Source: Phoronis australis (lineage: Eukaryota > Animalia > Phoronida). Taken from it: a stretch of DNA of 47,316 bases. Made by a program: the position numbers and the translations under genes. How positions within the stretch are numbered: position 1 is the stretch's first letter; every line of letters starts with the position of its first letter. The stretch covers positions 909,726 through 957,041 of the forward strand of contig NMRA01000058.1 of the NCBI GenBank assembly GCA_002633005.1, read 5' to 3'. This document shows, piece after piece, positions 11,063-23,487 of the stretch. Below the pieces are notes generated by a model. It saw only the letters and a program-made list of their open reading frames with translations. It did not search any database and was not told the origin of the DNA.

Positions 11063-11878
11063 ATGTCTGCGCCCATGGAGGTGAAAGAAGGTCGTGAGTA
11101 GTATTTGCTGCCAATGGATTATGCAAAGAATGAAGTCAAATCACAGAAATCACTCAAATCTAGGAGTGATAATGCTGTGAGTTTATTGATCACTCTAGTA
11201 ATTAATTCATACATATACATTTTGTTTTAACAGTGTAATATCTGTAGTAATAGCCGAGAGGCGAGATTACCCGACCCGGGAATCGAACCAGCGACCCCGG
11301 CGAGCGTGCTAACCATTCAACTAATAGGCCTACTAAATAGGCAATTGCCCATTATTGAGTAGCTAACAGAGGATCATATGGTTCACCGGAAGCACATCTA
11401 CAACATTCCCCCTTTCCTACGGAACAGGCACGGCACCAGGAAGGTGAACACCAGGATGTCTCGCATGGCCATACAGGTCATCAACGTCCCTTTACCACCA
11501 CAAGGCACAACACAAGGTAGTCTCTCATACAGGTCCTTGACTCCTGGAACCTTCCATGCGCGCCGTCCCGAGGTCCGCGCATACTAGTTGGCAGTGCTTC
11601 ATCGGTAGATGATCCGTTTGCCGACTACGCCTTTTGTAATAATAGCCAAGATTACCCTACCCGGGAACCAAACCAGCGACCCCCATAAAACCGGCGAGCG
11701 TGCTAACCATTCAGCTAATAGGCAATTGCCCATTAGCTGACAGAGGATCACATGATTCACCGGAAGCACATCAACAACATAGCGAATTTCTCTTCGACTT
11801 GCTGTTTAGGAATTGGAGAGGGGAGGCTCAGCTAAAACGCTGCTTAATGTTATCACAAAGTCGACTCGCCAAGTTATG
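11063..11878 (+). CDS. LCMT2: Candidate N-terminal exons of LCMT2: 11063-11080 (MSAPME) and 11810-11878 (ELERGGSAKTLLNVITKSTRQVM), both phase 0
   Basis: An ATG in aatATGtctgcgcccatg context lies 290 bp from the MINDY3 ATG. A tttag|...|gtaaaa 69-nt open exon joins in frame to VQGTNDSS. Alternative donors (GTGAGT at 11094) and an alternative micro-start (MNQTA 12646-12660) exist, so the structure is uncertain. Confidence 0.4.
11243..11779 (-). mobile_element. Non-autonomous LTR retroelement (TRIM) with tRNA-like LTRs
   Basis: Direct repeats 11243-11405 and 11635-11779, each TG...CA. On the minus strand, PBS GGCGTAGTCGGCA (11619-11631, complementary to the tRNA-Ser 3' end) lies 3 nt after the 5' LTR, and PPT AGGAAAGGGGGAA (11406-11418) abuts the 3' LTR. 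Flanks are TATC/TAGC (4-bp TSD, one mismatch). The LTRs carry A-box TAGCTGAATGG and B-box GGTTCGATTCC. Confidence 0.85.
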
Positions 11879-12149
11879 GTAAAATTCCTATATCGCTATA
11901 TGGGAAATGAATTCAACAAAGCAAGGACGTGCCGTAAGGCCGTGAGGGGCAATGGAAAGTAATGGCCTTCACAAACGATAGAAATTTGCCAACATTCGGA
12001 ATTGGAAAATGGGACATCCAAATTGAGAAAGCGGGATATCTTGAAAGAATTTAGATAAATGGAAATAGGGACAAATTGTATTTGTACTATGACAGCCAAT
12101 ATCTGTTGCTCTTTTACCTTCTAATGAGATCATTTATTGCTGATACAAC

Positions 12150-12310
12150 AGTAATTGCCGGGATCACCAGATCCGGGAATCGAGCCAGTGACCCCGATAA
12201 AATGGGCTAACGTGTGTTAACCATTCAACGAATTTAGTAATGTTGGGAATTGCCCCTTAGCGAGTGGCTAATAGAGGCTTATGATTCACGGAGGCACGTC
12301 AAAAAACACA
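12150..12310 (-). mobile_element. Diverged solo LTR of the same tRNA-LTR family
   Basis: Colinear similarity to the LTRs (ccgggaatcgagccagtgaccccgataaa..aaccattcaac..aattgcccc..agagg..atgattcacggaggcacgtc..aca), with no PBS or PPT next to it. Confidence 0.7.
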
Positions 12311-13347
12311 GACAATAAGAAGGTGAAAGTCAAGTAAATGGGCCCTTCTTCAAAATGGTTGGTGGGAACCGGTCTTCACTGAATAATAGCCTTTCCTGTT
12401 ATTCAGTTCAAACTTGTTCCCGGCAGCCATTTTCAAGAGGTACCTGTTCACTCGACATTTGTTCAACCAGAATATATTGTTTGTGCATGTTTCATGGTTG
12501 GGCTCTGGTTTATGCTTGGCACATAACCTATCTGTAAATAGATGTAAATAGATATTTACTCTGGCGTAGGTGTCTACCCTATGGAACTCAAGTTTGCTCA
12601 AATTGTTCAAATCAAAACATTACATGTAGTAGTTGCAAGAGCTAAATGAACCAAACTGCGGTACTTACTGAGTGCTGACCAACACAGAATGAGTTACCTA
12701 GGTGACGAAGGAAATCAACAGTATAATTGTGGAAACATCGACATGTTCCAGAAAAATGTCTTGTTCCCTATGTCGTTTTATCAACATTACCTCTGCCATA
12801 AAGTTAACGTGATTTGATAAAAGACTGTTTGGGACATGGAACAAATGTTGGCAAATATGTTTCCAGGTAAGTTATAAGTAGGAAAGTACCCAAAGTTATG
12901 GTAAATATTGATAGGCCATAGATTGGACAAGTTGGTAAAAAAAGTGAAACACTAGCTATTGGACTGTCATATAAAATTGATTTGTTTGTGTTATCGTAAT
13001 GGATGTGCAGTGTATATCAGCATTATTGCTAAAAAATAGTCCCTCATTGTGTCAGCTTAAGAATCAGATTCTGAATTCCTTTTGTACTCATCCATCATGA
13101 CAGGTTCTGCTTGTCCCCAATAGTCTTAATGAAAAATTCCAGACATTTTGTGCTACTTGCTGCCACACAAATTGTCCTCTTTGGTACTGCGTTGTTATGG
13201 TTAGATGTAATCTGACTTGGCTGCTTTTCAGAATTATCTGTAATTTAATTTCCAAAACACAATGAGGGTGATCTGTAATTAGGTAGGCGTATCATTGGAA
13301 TATTAATTGTCAATGACTTGATAACCATTGACGTTTGTATGTTTCAG

Positions 13348-16300
13348 GTGCAAGGAACGAATGATAGTAGCATTGTAAGCAAGTGTTCCATGTCCAAGCT
13401 TGGCTACTTCTGGGATGACTTTTTGCCACATTTCGTTGCCAAAACTCAACGCAGGTCACCTCTTATCAACAGGTAAGTCCATGTGGTTTAATGTACCAAC
13501 AAAGCATGTGGTTTCGTGGAGTAATCCCGTCATGAACCTTGGGGATTTACCATAAAGTTTACATGAAGTGAACATAGAATTAGGATTTTGTGGCAATTAC
13601 ATGTCCCTGCCAAGCACTTTATTGGTTATTTAACGGAATTAGTCATAACTACCAGGAATGTTATTTTGTCCGGTTACTTTTGGTGTTCACTGCACATAGT
13701 TAAAATGAAAAGCATTAATTTTTCATCTACGCTTCAATTATTTTAAATTTAATGGTCTGCCTCTTTTAGATTCCATATCAGTCTGCATTACTTTCAGAGT
13801 TTAAAGTTGTTAATGTGAAGTAAGGATGTTCACTTATTATCCTACTAATTGTTGACAGGGGATATTTCATCAGAGCTGCAGCCATTGACCAGTCACTTAA
13901 GGCCTTCTTGAACTTATGTGCTCAGCACAAACAGGTAGGTGTTCACTGTATTTATGAGGATGTGACAGTAACAGAGAACCACTTACTTTCCAAAATGCTC
14001 TGATGTTTAGTCAGAGAATGTTATCTATCAAAATGTCCAGGAAAAATTAGCGGGTGGAATCACAATGTGCTGATGAAAACTAGTGGGGTAGAGAAATTTC
14101 GGAGAAAAAATCCTACTGTAGGGTGGACATAGCAAAGATTGCATCTTATAGCAGGTGGATTACTGCATGGGGCTTAGATGTTTTCTTTTTTCTTTGCTTA
14201 CTTTTGATCTGATTGTGATGGATCAAAAGGTTTACGACATGGTCTTGAATCTGGTATCTTGATAATATCATTACTTGATCCTTTTATAGACATTCAGCAA
14301 GACATTTTTCTTGACATTCTGTTGAGTTTACAACCTACCCAGATTTTGCTACAGGATTTTCTGAAAGAGTATCTAGTATTGATGTTTTGAAACCAGGCAC
14401 CTGTGCCAGAAATGCTTCTGTATGAACTTCGGTGTGACTTTCAACTTGGTTCTACAAGAGGCAGTGTGGCTAAGTGGGATAAGTGTTCGCTTCCTTTGCT
14501 CAAGGTCGTGGGTTCAGGTCCCACAGGGGCACACTGCTAGACCCTTGAGTCAGGTCTCTAGCACCTCAGCTCGGTATTAGCTATACATTAATTAACCGTA
14601 AAAATGATTCGAGGTCATCTGTACCATAGGCCCACATGAGCGGCCTGCGCATATCTGGTACTTCTACCTGACTGCCTGCAATATTATAGTTCTACAACAA
14701 GCGCCCCATCCTGTTTCAGTCTTTTGGATATTTTCTGAAAGGCAGAACTTGTGCTTTCCTTCATGAAACTGTTAAACAAGAAAATTCCCTGGGACCGACA
14801 GTATTTAATTGTAGATTATCTCCCTTGGTGCTGGATTTGATTCGTCATTCTTCCGACTCAAACACCTGAATTTGCTGGGTGATGCCACATACTTTGAAGT
14901 TGATTTTCCCGAGCTTGTCAGGAGAAAGGCAGCGCTGATAGGCCAGAGTGATGACCTGAAGACCCTGATTGGCCAAACTGTCCCTGGAAGTGCTGAGGCA
15001 GGTAATGCTGACAATCTTATGTGTTCATCATGTCTCAGGGGGTATATTTTCATGCACTTGTCCCTTTGCTATTGTTTGCAAGCTAATTAACTTTGCTATA
15101 TCTGCTTCTGTACAGAGCAGGCCATGTTAATAATGAAATGGAATTTTCTTGGCGTCTTTACTTTCATCAAGAAGTTCATTTTGCTGTGTATCATTATACC
15201 ACTTTTCTGCCATGATGGATGCATGCTATGAATGTAAAAATGAACTGTTACCATTGAAAGAAAGTGAATCTGTATTGTCAGGATTTTGTATCAATTTAGA
15301 GTTAGAAACAAATATCGGATCCTTGTGCAGTACTTTTGGCTATTTTTAAAATATTTACCTATTTGCTGCCAATTATCTTTTGATTTTTGTTTAATTTTTA
15401 TTGCTTTCACCCAAGTTGGTGAACAGCTTGTACCCATTCTATTCCTCTTGTATAATTCTCTGGTAACCTTTTGAACAGTTGTGGTACTAAATTATTTCTG
15501 CTATTCTTTATAGTGTTGATTATAGTTCAATGAGACTTGGTGATTTTGATGAATTGGTGTTTTGTTATTGAAGATTGGTGTGAAGTGGATCAATAAAAAC
15601 CTAAATTTACGCTGAGAAATTTAATTGTTTAGAAATCACTGTAGTTACTTGTTCGCGCATAAATCTATAGCTAAACATGATGTGCTTGTGTGTCAGTGTC
15701 TTGCATTTACTTGAACTTTAACTGCGACTTTTCAGTGATCTCTGGTCATGACTACAAACTAATCGGAGTTGATCTCACACAGCTAGCTGTTGTGCAGCGA
15801 TGCCTGAAGGATTGTGGGATAGACTGGCACGCACCCACTCTCTTCCTGTCTGAGGTGGTCATGACGTACATGGCACCTGAAAGGTTTGTGAAGTGTTTAG
15901 TCACGTTCTGGCCTCCGAATCTAATCTTTCGCTTGAACTGAGAGCAGGGCTCAGGTGTTTATCAGGTGGATCTGACTACTGCTGTGCCTTTTTTACCATT
16001 TTCAGCTGCCTTTGTATGTACCCTTAGTGGAACTCCATGAAATTTGACATTTGATATGCTTGTGTGTGTTATGAAGAAAACAACAACTGTCCATTTTTGC
16101 ATAGCTCTGCTACTTTGTCCCCTCCCCCCTCCAGTGGGAGTATTTGTTATTTGAGTACCTGTTTCTGGTGTCTGCCCTTCTGGTTCAAGGAATTGTTGAT
16201 GTAGGATTTTCTATTTAGAGAAACCTGAATGATGTTCATTTTTGACAATTTTGATTACTTCTAGCCCCCTAGTATTTTTTATTTATTCCTCAAAATCTAC

Positions 16301-19300
16301 CAATTTTGATGAAAAGTGTGAAATTTGACAGATCAGATTTTATACAAGAGAGAGAGTAGTAAGTTTTCCTAACGTTCCGACATGAGCTGTGCCCCTTTTG
16401 GCAATTTGCTTGCTTCAGTATTCACTTTTAGTGTCTTCCTCTCTCCCTGCAGAATCAACGAGGTGTTCATGACTGTCACAAGTTATTGGATTGATCTGGC
16501 TGCTGCAGTGCCCCCTAGTGGTATTTTTAATTTTCTTCAATGTAATTTCAATATCTGCCAAGTTTAGGATGACTAGCAGTGCATCCCATAAGCTTAACTT
16601 TGAGTTCACTCACAGGTGTTGCTCGCTGTAGTGGATAGAAATGTTTGTTAAACTGAGCACTATGAATGTAGTGGGTGCATATCAACGCTCTGGTTATGGG
16701 TAATTGGTTGTTGCTTTGCAGATCATCAGCTGTTATTGAGTGGGCTGCGTCTAGATTTGAGAATGCGATATTCGTCACTTATGAACAGGTAACACATTGG
16801 ATATAAAATGTTTGAATCACTTGAAGTTTACAGACAGTTTTTTTTTTCAAATTAACATTTGATATCTCACATGTGGTTGCTGTCGGTCAGACCTTGTGAA
16901 CGAATCTGTTGTGATCATTCCCTGTAGTGTATTATATTTGTGTTTTTTTAAATTAATAGAGATTTGTGGCTTGATCTACATCAAACTATTATCTTTCTCC
17001 ACCTTGTTTGTTGAATACTTGGGTCACTAATTTTGTAAAAGGCCTCTTAGTCAACGGCTGTTAAGTAACAGAAAGGTAATTTATTGTTTTTATGAGTTAA
17101 CATGCTTAACATGTGTCTACGTATGCAGACAGGATTAAAAATTATTTTTCAGCTTCGCCCTGATGATGCCTTTGGACAAGTTATGTAAGTGACTTTGATG
17201 AATTGTTATGTAGTGTGTAGAGCTTTTTCATTTAAAAACAAAGCTGCAAAGTACCAAATGACATACACGGCTTTAGACTAAAGACCAGGCTGCTTTTCGT
17301 TTTCAAATCTCTGTTACTTAAAGTTTTATAATCGTGTTTACATTTTTCCACATTTAGATATGTGTTTAAGTTCAAACGTTCTTTAAGTAATACAACAGTA
17401 TCACAAAGTCTTCACTAACAGTTTCATAAAACTTGGTAGTAGAGTAACCTGTCAATCAATTTGAAGCCCGTCACCATGGGGACTGACTTAAGCATAAACT
17501 GAAAGATTCCACGCAGCGTCCAATTTGGTGATTCAACACCAGCTCTCCAAATTTGTCCTCAGATTGTTTATGGCAACTTCAGCCCAACTGGACTCACGCG
17601 GCAACTACGACTTCAAATTTCAGATGCTCAATTTGGCATATACTACCTCAAGTTCTATCATTTTCCACCACATTTTCTGCAACAATCTAATTGATAATTT
17701 TGAACAGTCCCTTCTCACTGAAATATGACTTTTTGCACTCTCTTTTTGAAATAAGATCACAAGGCTCATTGTTCAACGTTGTGCTTTTATGTTGTCCAAT
17801 CAGAAATGGGAAATCTGATTTATTTTTACTGGCCAGTCATAGCTTCAGGTTTTATTCATGGTGACAGACTAAAACTGAATGAGATACTCTTATTGGGAAT
17901 ATGGTAGATCTTTGTTTACTATCAAGCAAAGGTTATGAGGTCGAAATTGGTGCCACACATATATGAATTCTCAAGGATTGTAAAAAATGTCAAAAATGTT
18001 GCAGTTCCACATGATGAAATTTTGGTGGATATCCATGTAGTTTTTCTTCAGTTGTTTTGCAAAAATGGCCTTGGAGAGCGAAACGGAAAATGAAACATCC
18101 TTTCAAACCCATGGGTGGTTTTTGCGATTGCAGTTAACTGAGCTGCTTTGTATGGGCAACTAGCTAAGCATTTGCTGTGTAAAAAGCAAAAACAGCATGG
18201 TTAAACATGTGACTCAACTGTTGCTCAGTGCTTTGTGTTCATGTTGCTTCTTTTGAATGAAGTCTGATAATAAAAATTTGTCTGTAGAGTATTTGTAAAT
18301 ACCTTGCTACACATTGAAATGTATCCTTGTCAAAAGTAATCGCCAAGTAACATTTCTATGGGATTACTTGTCTCAGTATGTCCAGTTTGAAGAAACAATT
18401 GAGATATGTCACAAGGAACTTGAATTTCAGGATGAACCATTTTGTGAAGTTGGGATCTCCGCTTAAGGCCATTAAACATTTCCCAACTGAGAGTGCACAG
18501 CGACAAAGATATATCACCAAGGTATCACTTGTATGCTGATTTCTGAGCTTGTTTGCCAAGAGTCCTGTAGTTGCAGTATTCTGACTCTTAAAAGTTATAA
18601 AATTGCACACATTTTGGTTTGAGTAATTTAAAAGAAATACTGTGGTATAAAACTAATTATTTGATGGCTTTTACTTTAAGTGATTGACATTCAAGGCGAC
18701 TTATAAAAGAAAATAGCTAGTAGTAAACAAGCAACTTTGTGAAGTATATAGCTTTCAAGTTCAAGGATTATTGACGTAATGATGCAGTGCTCAGGCTTTG
18801 TAAACTGAAAAAAGCTTTTTGGCTTAGAGTGATGAATAGATTTTGATTATCAACATTCACTGCTCACCTGAAGACATATTTGTTGATGTAAAAACAACAT
18901 TTTGTATTCTTTGTCATGACAGTAAAAGTGTGACTTAACAGTCACAGTTTGAACTCTGGATAGATAGTGAATATTGTACGTTATTTCATCATCAGTGTTT
19001 GCTATGAATTTCAGGGCTGGACAGATTGTTATACTACAGATATGAATAACTTTTGGTTTTCAAGTCTGAGTAAGGTTGAACGGGACAGAATATCGATGTT
19101 GGAAGTTTTTGATGAATTTGAAGAATGGCACCTGAAATGCTCACATTACATGCTGCTTTGGTCTGTAAAGGGATTGTGTTGTGAACTTCGACCTCTTTGG
19201 TCATGTGACTGGGGTCATGGTTCACCTGTAAATCAAGAGATCTGTGCAATAATAGATGAAGAATGGACATTACCCAAAATAAGCCAAGTGTTGTCCCAGT

Positions 19301-22300
19301 GTTCTGTAAGCGATGCCTTGCCAAGTAAAGCCAGTTTGAAGCGGTTTGGTCTGGCTAGCTGTGTGCTTGTGGAAGAGAATATACTTCTGGTGCATGGAGG
19401 CTTTGGTGATGAACAAGGACAGCATAAACGCATAAATACAGTGTCTGTCATTTCACTGACACCTCTATCAGTGCAGGGTCACTATGTGTGTAAGAATTTG
19501 GACAGTCGAATGTTCCACACAATGACGCCTATTGGTGACGGCAAAGTGATCGTTATAGGTGGACGACAATCTCCGAAGAAACCTTGCCCAGACATTCTAT
19601 TACTAGATATGGGTTCAGTAAGGACTCGAAGTAGCTTAACAAAGAACACAAATCAAAATGTCAATGAAACAGACTCAACAAACTCAGGTGATGATTGTCA
19701 TGCTCGGCCTGCTTCTGTGACATTTGCTGATGATGACTTGAAGTGCTCCCTGTTTGTAGCAGATCATGTAAATAGTGCTGCGAGTCAATTGGCATCTTTG
19801 GTGAATGAGTCTTGTAGTGGGAAAAACAAAAATACAAAGCTGGGCTCTGAAGCAGAAGGAAACAGTATGGTGCACTTGCCGTCTGCCAGATGGCGTCACA
19901 CGGCAACTTTAATCAGAAGAAATGGTGTGTGTACATTTATGGTTTTTGTTTTATATAAATGTTAGACAAGTCATGACAAAGATGAGGCTTTTCATTTTTG
20001 CTTCTTTTCCCATCGTTCTCCATTTTGGCTAGACTGGAGGAATGTTTGTTAAAGTTAATATTTTGGTCCATTGTCATCATTATTTGTTTAGGATCTTCAC
20101 AACCTGTTTTGATTGGCAGAAACTTGTTCAGTTTTCGTCGCAACGAATTTGCCTTACTTGTGTCGAGTTCGAGTTCAAAAACTAGTGCAACAAGTTAAAA
20201 CTTTTTGCAGAATGATCATTGTTCAAGAAAATTAGGACTCTGTGGACGTTTGACATCTGTATCGTGCACTGATTCCAGGACTTTACTTTATTCCACAGTG
20301 TGGATTTTGGACATGGACTATTCAACCTGTGGGTGACGTTTGTGGACTTTAGAGTTTAAGCAGCTATCGTACTAGCCAATACTGGAAAATGGGCCTGGAC
20401 TAACAAGTTATCCGACAGCTATAGGGTTGCATTATGATACAAAAACGTCCACATTACTTTCATCTTCTTTTACCTTGACTGATGTGTCTTGCATCTGGCT
20501 AGCCTTTGTGATCATTATCCACTTTTTTCATTGAAAAGTTAGAGATTTCCCCCTCTCAGTATAAATGGCAACACTCAAGTCTGCTGTTTCCCCTCCATTC
20601 AGGCCCCACTCTCACTTTGGTGGAAAACATGCCTGTGTCTTGAGCAAGGGAATTTTCTTCTGTGGAGCAAAATTGGGGAAACCCTACTGATTTACTGACT
20701 TGTAGCAGGTTCTAACCTTGAGAGGAATTCTTGGTCGTTCTGGTCTAGTCAGGGAATTTCACATGAATTCTAAATATATTTCGACCCGAAATCAAGGCAT
20801 GAAATGCTCTGGCTTTATATTTTTCATTTGCCTTTTGTTTCTCCAGGGAAGCATTACATTGTGGTGTTTGGAGGTAGGACTACCTCTGAGACTGCTACCA
20901 GTGACTGTTTTATACTAGATGTGGAAGCCAAGAGTTGGAGCATGGTGAGTCATGTGGAAAATTTTCAGCATTAATTCTTATTTCCAGTAAGAAAGTTACA
21001 CATTTTGAAAAAATTTTCCAAAGGCACATAGAAAGCACCCATTGTTGTTAGAGCTGGTAACAGACGTGATGTAGTCCACATTTCTGCCTTGGTATATCTT
21101 TCTTCTGGTGAGTTAAACTGATTAGGAAATTTCATTTCTCTGTATCCTTTTTATGCACTTTACAGTAAAAATTCTCCAATTTGAGTCTCCAAAATTTGGG
21201 ACATTATTATCTGTATCTCCTATAAAACCCCTTGCATGATGAGAAGACCATGGCTGACATTGATTTTTGGACGGATCTGATACCTGTGGCATCTCTTTGT
21301 GGTGATTTTGTAGTTTTTGTGACCTTGGCTATGCTGCAAAGCAAAAATGACATCACATTGTCAAGCGCCACGTTGTTATTGTTGAACAATGCAACTGACA
21401 TCACACAACAATCAAACTTATCCAGCGGATAATTTTGAAGTTTTATGCAACCCAACCCAGATGGATGGATTCGACTACTGCTGTGCCTTCTAATGGCAAT
21501 TTGTTTTTTTACATCTACCTCTGTATATTTGGAGACCCTTGGTGGATTTTAAATAAACAGTTTAGTAATAGAGAGACACCGACGTTTTTCCAATTTCAGA
21601 TGGGTTTGAGGTATTTTGCGCCATCTAATGGCCATTTTTATGATATTAAGAAACACCTTCAGAAGCACACCATTTGCATTGCAGTCGTGGGCACATTTCC
21701 TACACTGCGTTGCTCTTGTTATATCAGGGCATAGTTAATTGAGGCTGTAACAGATGGGCTTAGTGCAACTGTACTTAAGTAATTTATCAGAGTTCAGCAG
21801 GAGTCCAAATATTTAGTTGATATTTTACTAAATACAATAGGCAATACTGGACTGCATAGAAAGTTGGGTCTTACCTACTGCCTCAACTCTGATTGCTGCT
21901 TACACTAATGTCAAATGTCTTGCTTCAGATTAGCTCTCCAAGTAACCTCATTGAAGCCAGACATTCTCACACTGCCAACAACTGGGAGGACAATGTACTG
22001 GTGTGTGGTGGTTTGACATCTGACCTCCGTCCACTGAATTCCATCTTCATGCTGGACACAATCGAATGGGTGTGGAAGAGAATGAAATTTCGCTCTGGGT
22101 CATTAATCCCAAGGTAAATAGTTGTTGTTGCCATTCTTTTATATTTATTTATTACAAATACAAAAACTGATACCATTACTGTGTGCAAACAAAAGATCAG
22201 TTACTGAGTATTATAGAAAGGCTTTTAAAGAAAGTAGATTGCTTTCTGGCATCAGGTCAAATTTCTGGTTCACTTCCATCTGAGACACATTCCCAAACCT

Positions 22301-23487
22301 ACCCATTTAAGTCATTATAATTGTGTTTATTTGTCTCATTAAGTGGCAAATCTCTTACACTTGCATTTCCAGTGACAAACAAATGTTGGTGATGCATATA
22401 GCAAAAAGTGTTGTCACTAAACATGTTAAAAATTATTACATGTTGGTGGATTGTTATGAAACTTTCAGTGTAAGATGTACTCACATTGTTACATTTTGGT
22501 GGATTGTTATGAAACTTTCAGTGTAAGATGTACTCACATTGTTACATGTAGGTGGATTGTTATGAAACTTTCAGTGTAAGATGTACTCACATTGTTAGAT
22601 GTAGGTGGATTGTTATGAAACTTTCAGTGTAAGATGTACTCACATTGTTACATGTAGGTGGATTGTTATGAAACTTTCAGTGTAAGATGTACTCACATTG
22701 TTACATGTAAGTGGATTGTTATGAAACTTTCAGTGTAAGATGTACTCACATTGTTACATGTAGGTGGATTGTTATGAAACTTTCAGTGTAAGATGTACTC
22801 ACATTGTTACATGTAGGTGGATTGTTATAAAACTCACTGTAAAATGTACTCACACTGTTTTGTGATATTCTAAAATTATGACATCATACATGTACGTTGA
22901 CACAGGTATTAGTCAGGTAGAATATTCAAGACTTTAGGTGAAAAAACAAGATCTTGTTTTATAACTAGACCCTATTGGTTGTTGCAGGTATTCCCACACT
23001 GCGCATGTCTTCAATAATCAACTGTTGATTGTTGGTGGCGTAACAATTATTCCCAACACAGTGCCTGGTTTGGCTGTCGTCGACCTTAACACTTGGAGTG
23101 TACTAGAATACTGTATACCAGTAAGTTACAATGAAATTACACAGTCACTTTGGCCAGACTCTGTTTTTGGCTTTATTTGCTCTACTATCTAACTTAGATG
23201 GACCCATATTGATCTTTCTGCAGGTTATAACAAAAGCTTTAAAGAATTAAAACGTTATAGCTTATAAAGTATAAGGCATAAATTAGCAGTTCAACATTTT
23301 GTTTCTTTATGTAAACTGTCCTCTGTTACAGGCTCATATTCCACGATATCCCATAATGCTGCACAATCACACAAGTCATGTGATTGGAGACCAGCTGTGC
23401 ATTGTGGGTGGTGGTGGCAACTGCTTTTCCTTTGGAACGCACCTCAACAGGACACCATTACTTATCAACATCAGTGAATTTTTGTGA
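13348..23487 (+). CDS. LCMT2: tRNA wybutosine-synthesizing protein 4 / leucine carboxyl methyltransferase 2. Exons: 13348-13472, 13859-13934, 14815-15001, 15736-15883, 16722-16788, 17153-17184, 18431-18521, 19015-19924, 20847-20944, 21929-22113, 22988-23120, 23332-23487 (2208 nt including TGA). Start exon(s) lie upstream.
   Basis: LCM methyltransferase domain ([57 protein letters not shown]|[22 protein letters not shown]), followed by kelch repeats (RMFHT, RWRHTA, ARHSHTA, RYSHTA) and the C-terminal [14 protein letters not shown] signature. All introns are GT-AG and the frame is continuous to the stop. Confidence 0.93.
14458..14640 (+). mobile_element. tRNA-derived SINE copy 2 (LCMT2 intron)
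   Basis: GAGGCAGTGTGGCTAAGTGG..GGTTCAGGTCCC..ACCCTTGAGTCAGGTCTCTAGCACCTCAGCTC, colinear with 393-575. Confidence 0.75.
22438..22860. repeat. 53-bp minisatellite, about 8 copies, in an LCMT2 intron
   Basis: Unit GTAGGTGGATTGTTATGAAACTTTCAGTGTAAGATGTACTCACATTGTTACAT, head-to-tail with no unique spacers. Confidence 0.95.

Noticed and set aside
11378-11587. 69-aa ORF inside the TRIM
   Set aside because: It is antisense to the element's PBS/PPT orientation and has no gag or pol motifs.
11265-11730. Functional tRNA genes on the minus strand
   Set aside because: The anticodon arm is deleted in one copy and mispaired in the other, and both are embedded in LTRs. They are treated as tRNA-derived sequence.
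12836-12866. Alternative LCMT2 first exon ending at the strong donor CAG|GTAAGT
   Set aside because: The ATG-led frame (MEQMLANMFP) ends in phase 1, which is incompatible with the phase-0 acceptor at 13348. It could still be a UTR or minor exon.
21162-21830. Possible pogo-like MITE (TACAGTAAAA.. / ..TATTTTACTA)
   Set aside because: The terminal match is too short and degenerate to define boundaries.
22438-22860. CRISPR-like regular repeat
   Set aside because: The units are contiguous with no unique spacers, there are no cas genes, and the repeat lies in a eukaryotic intron.
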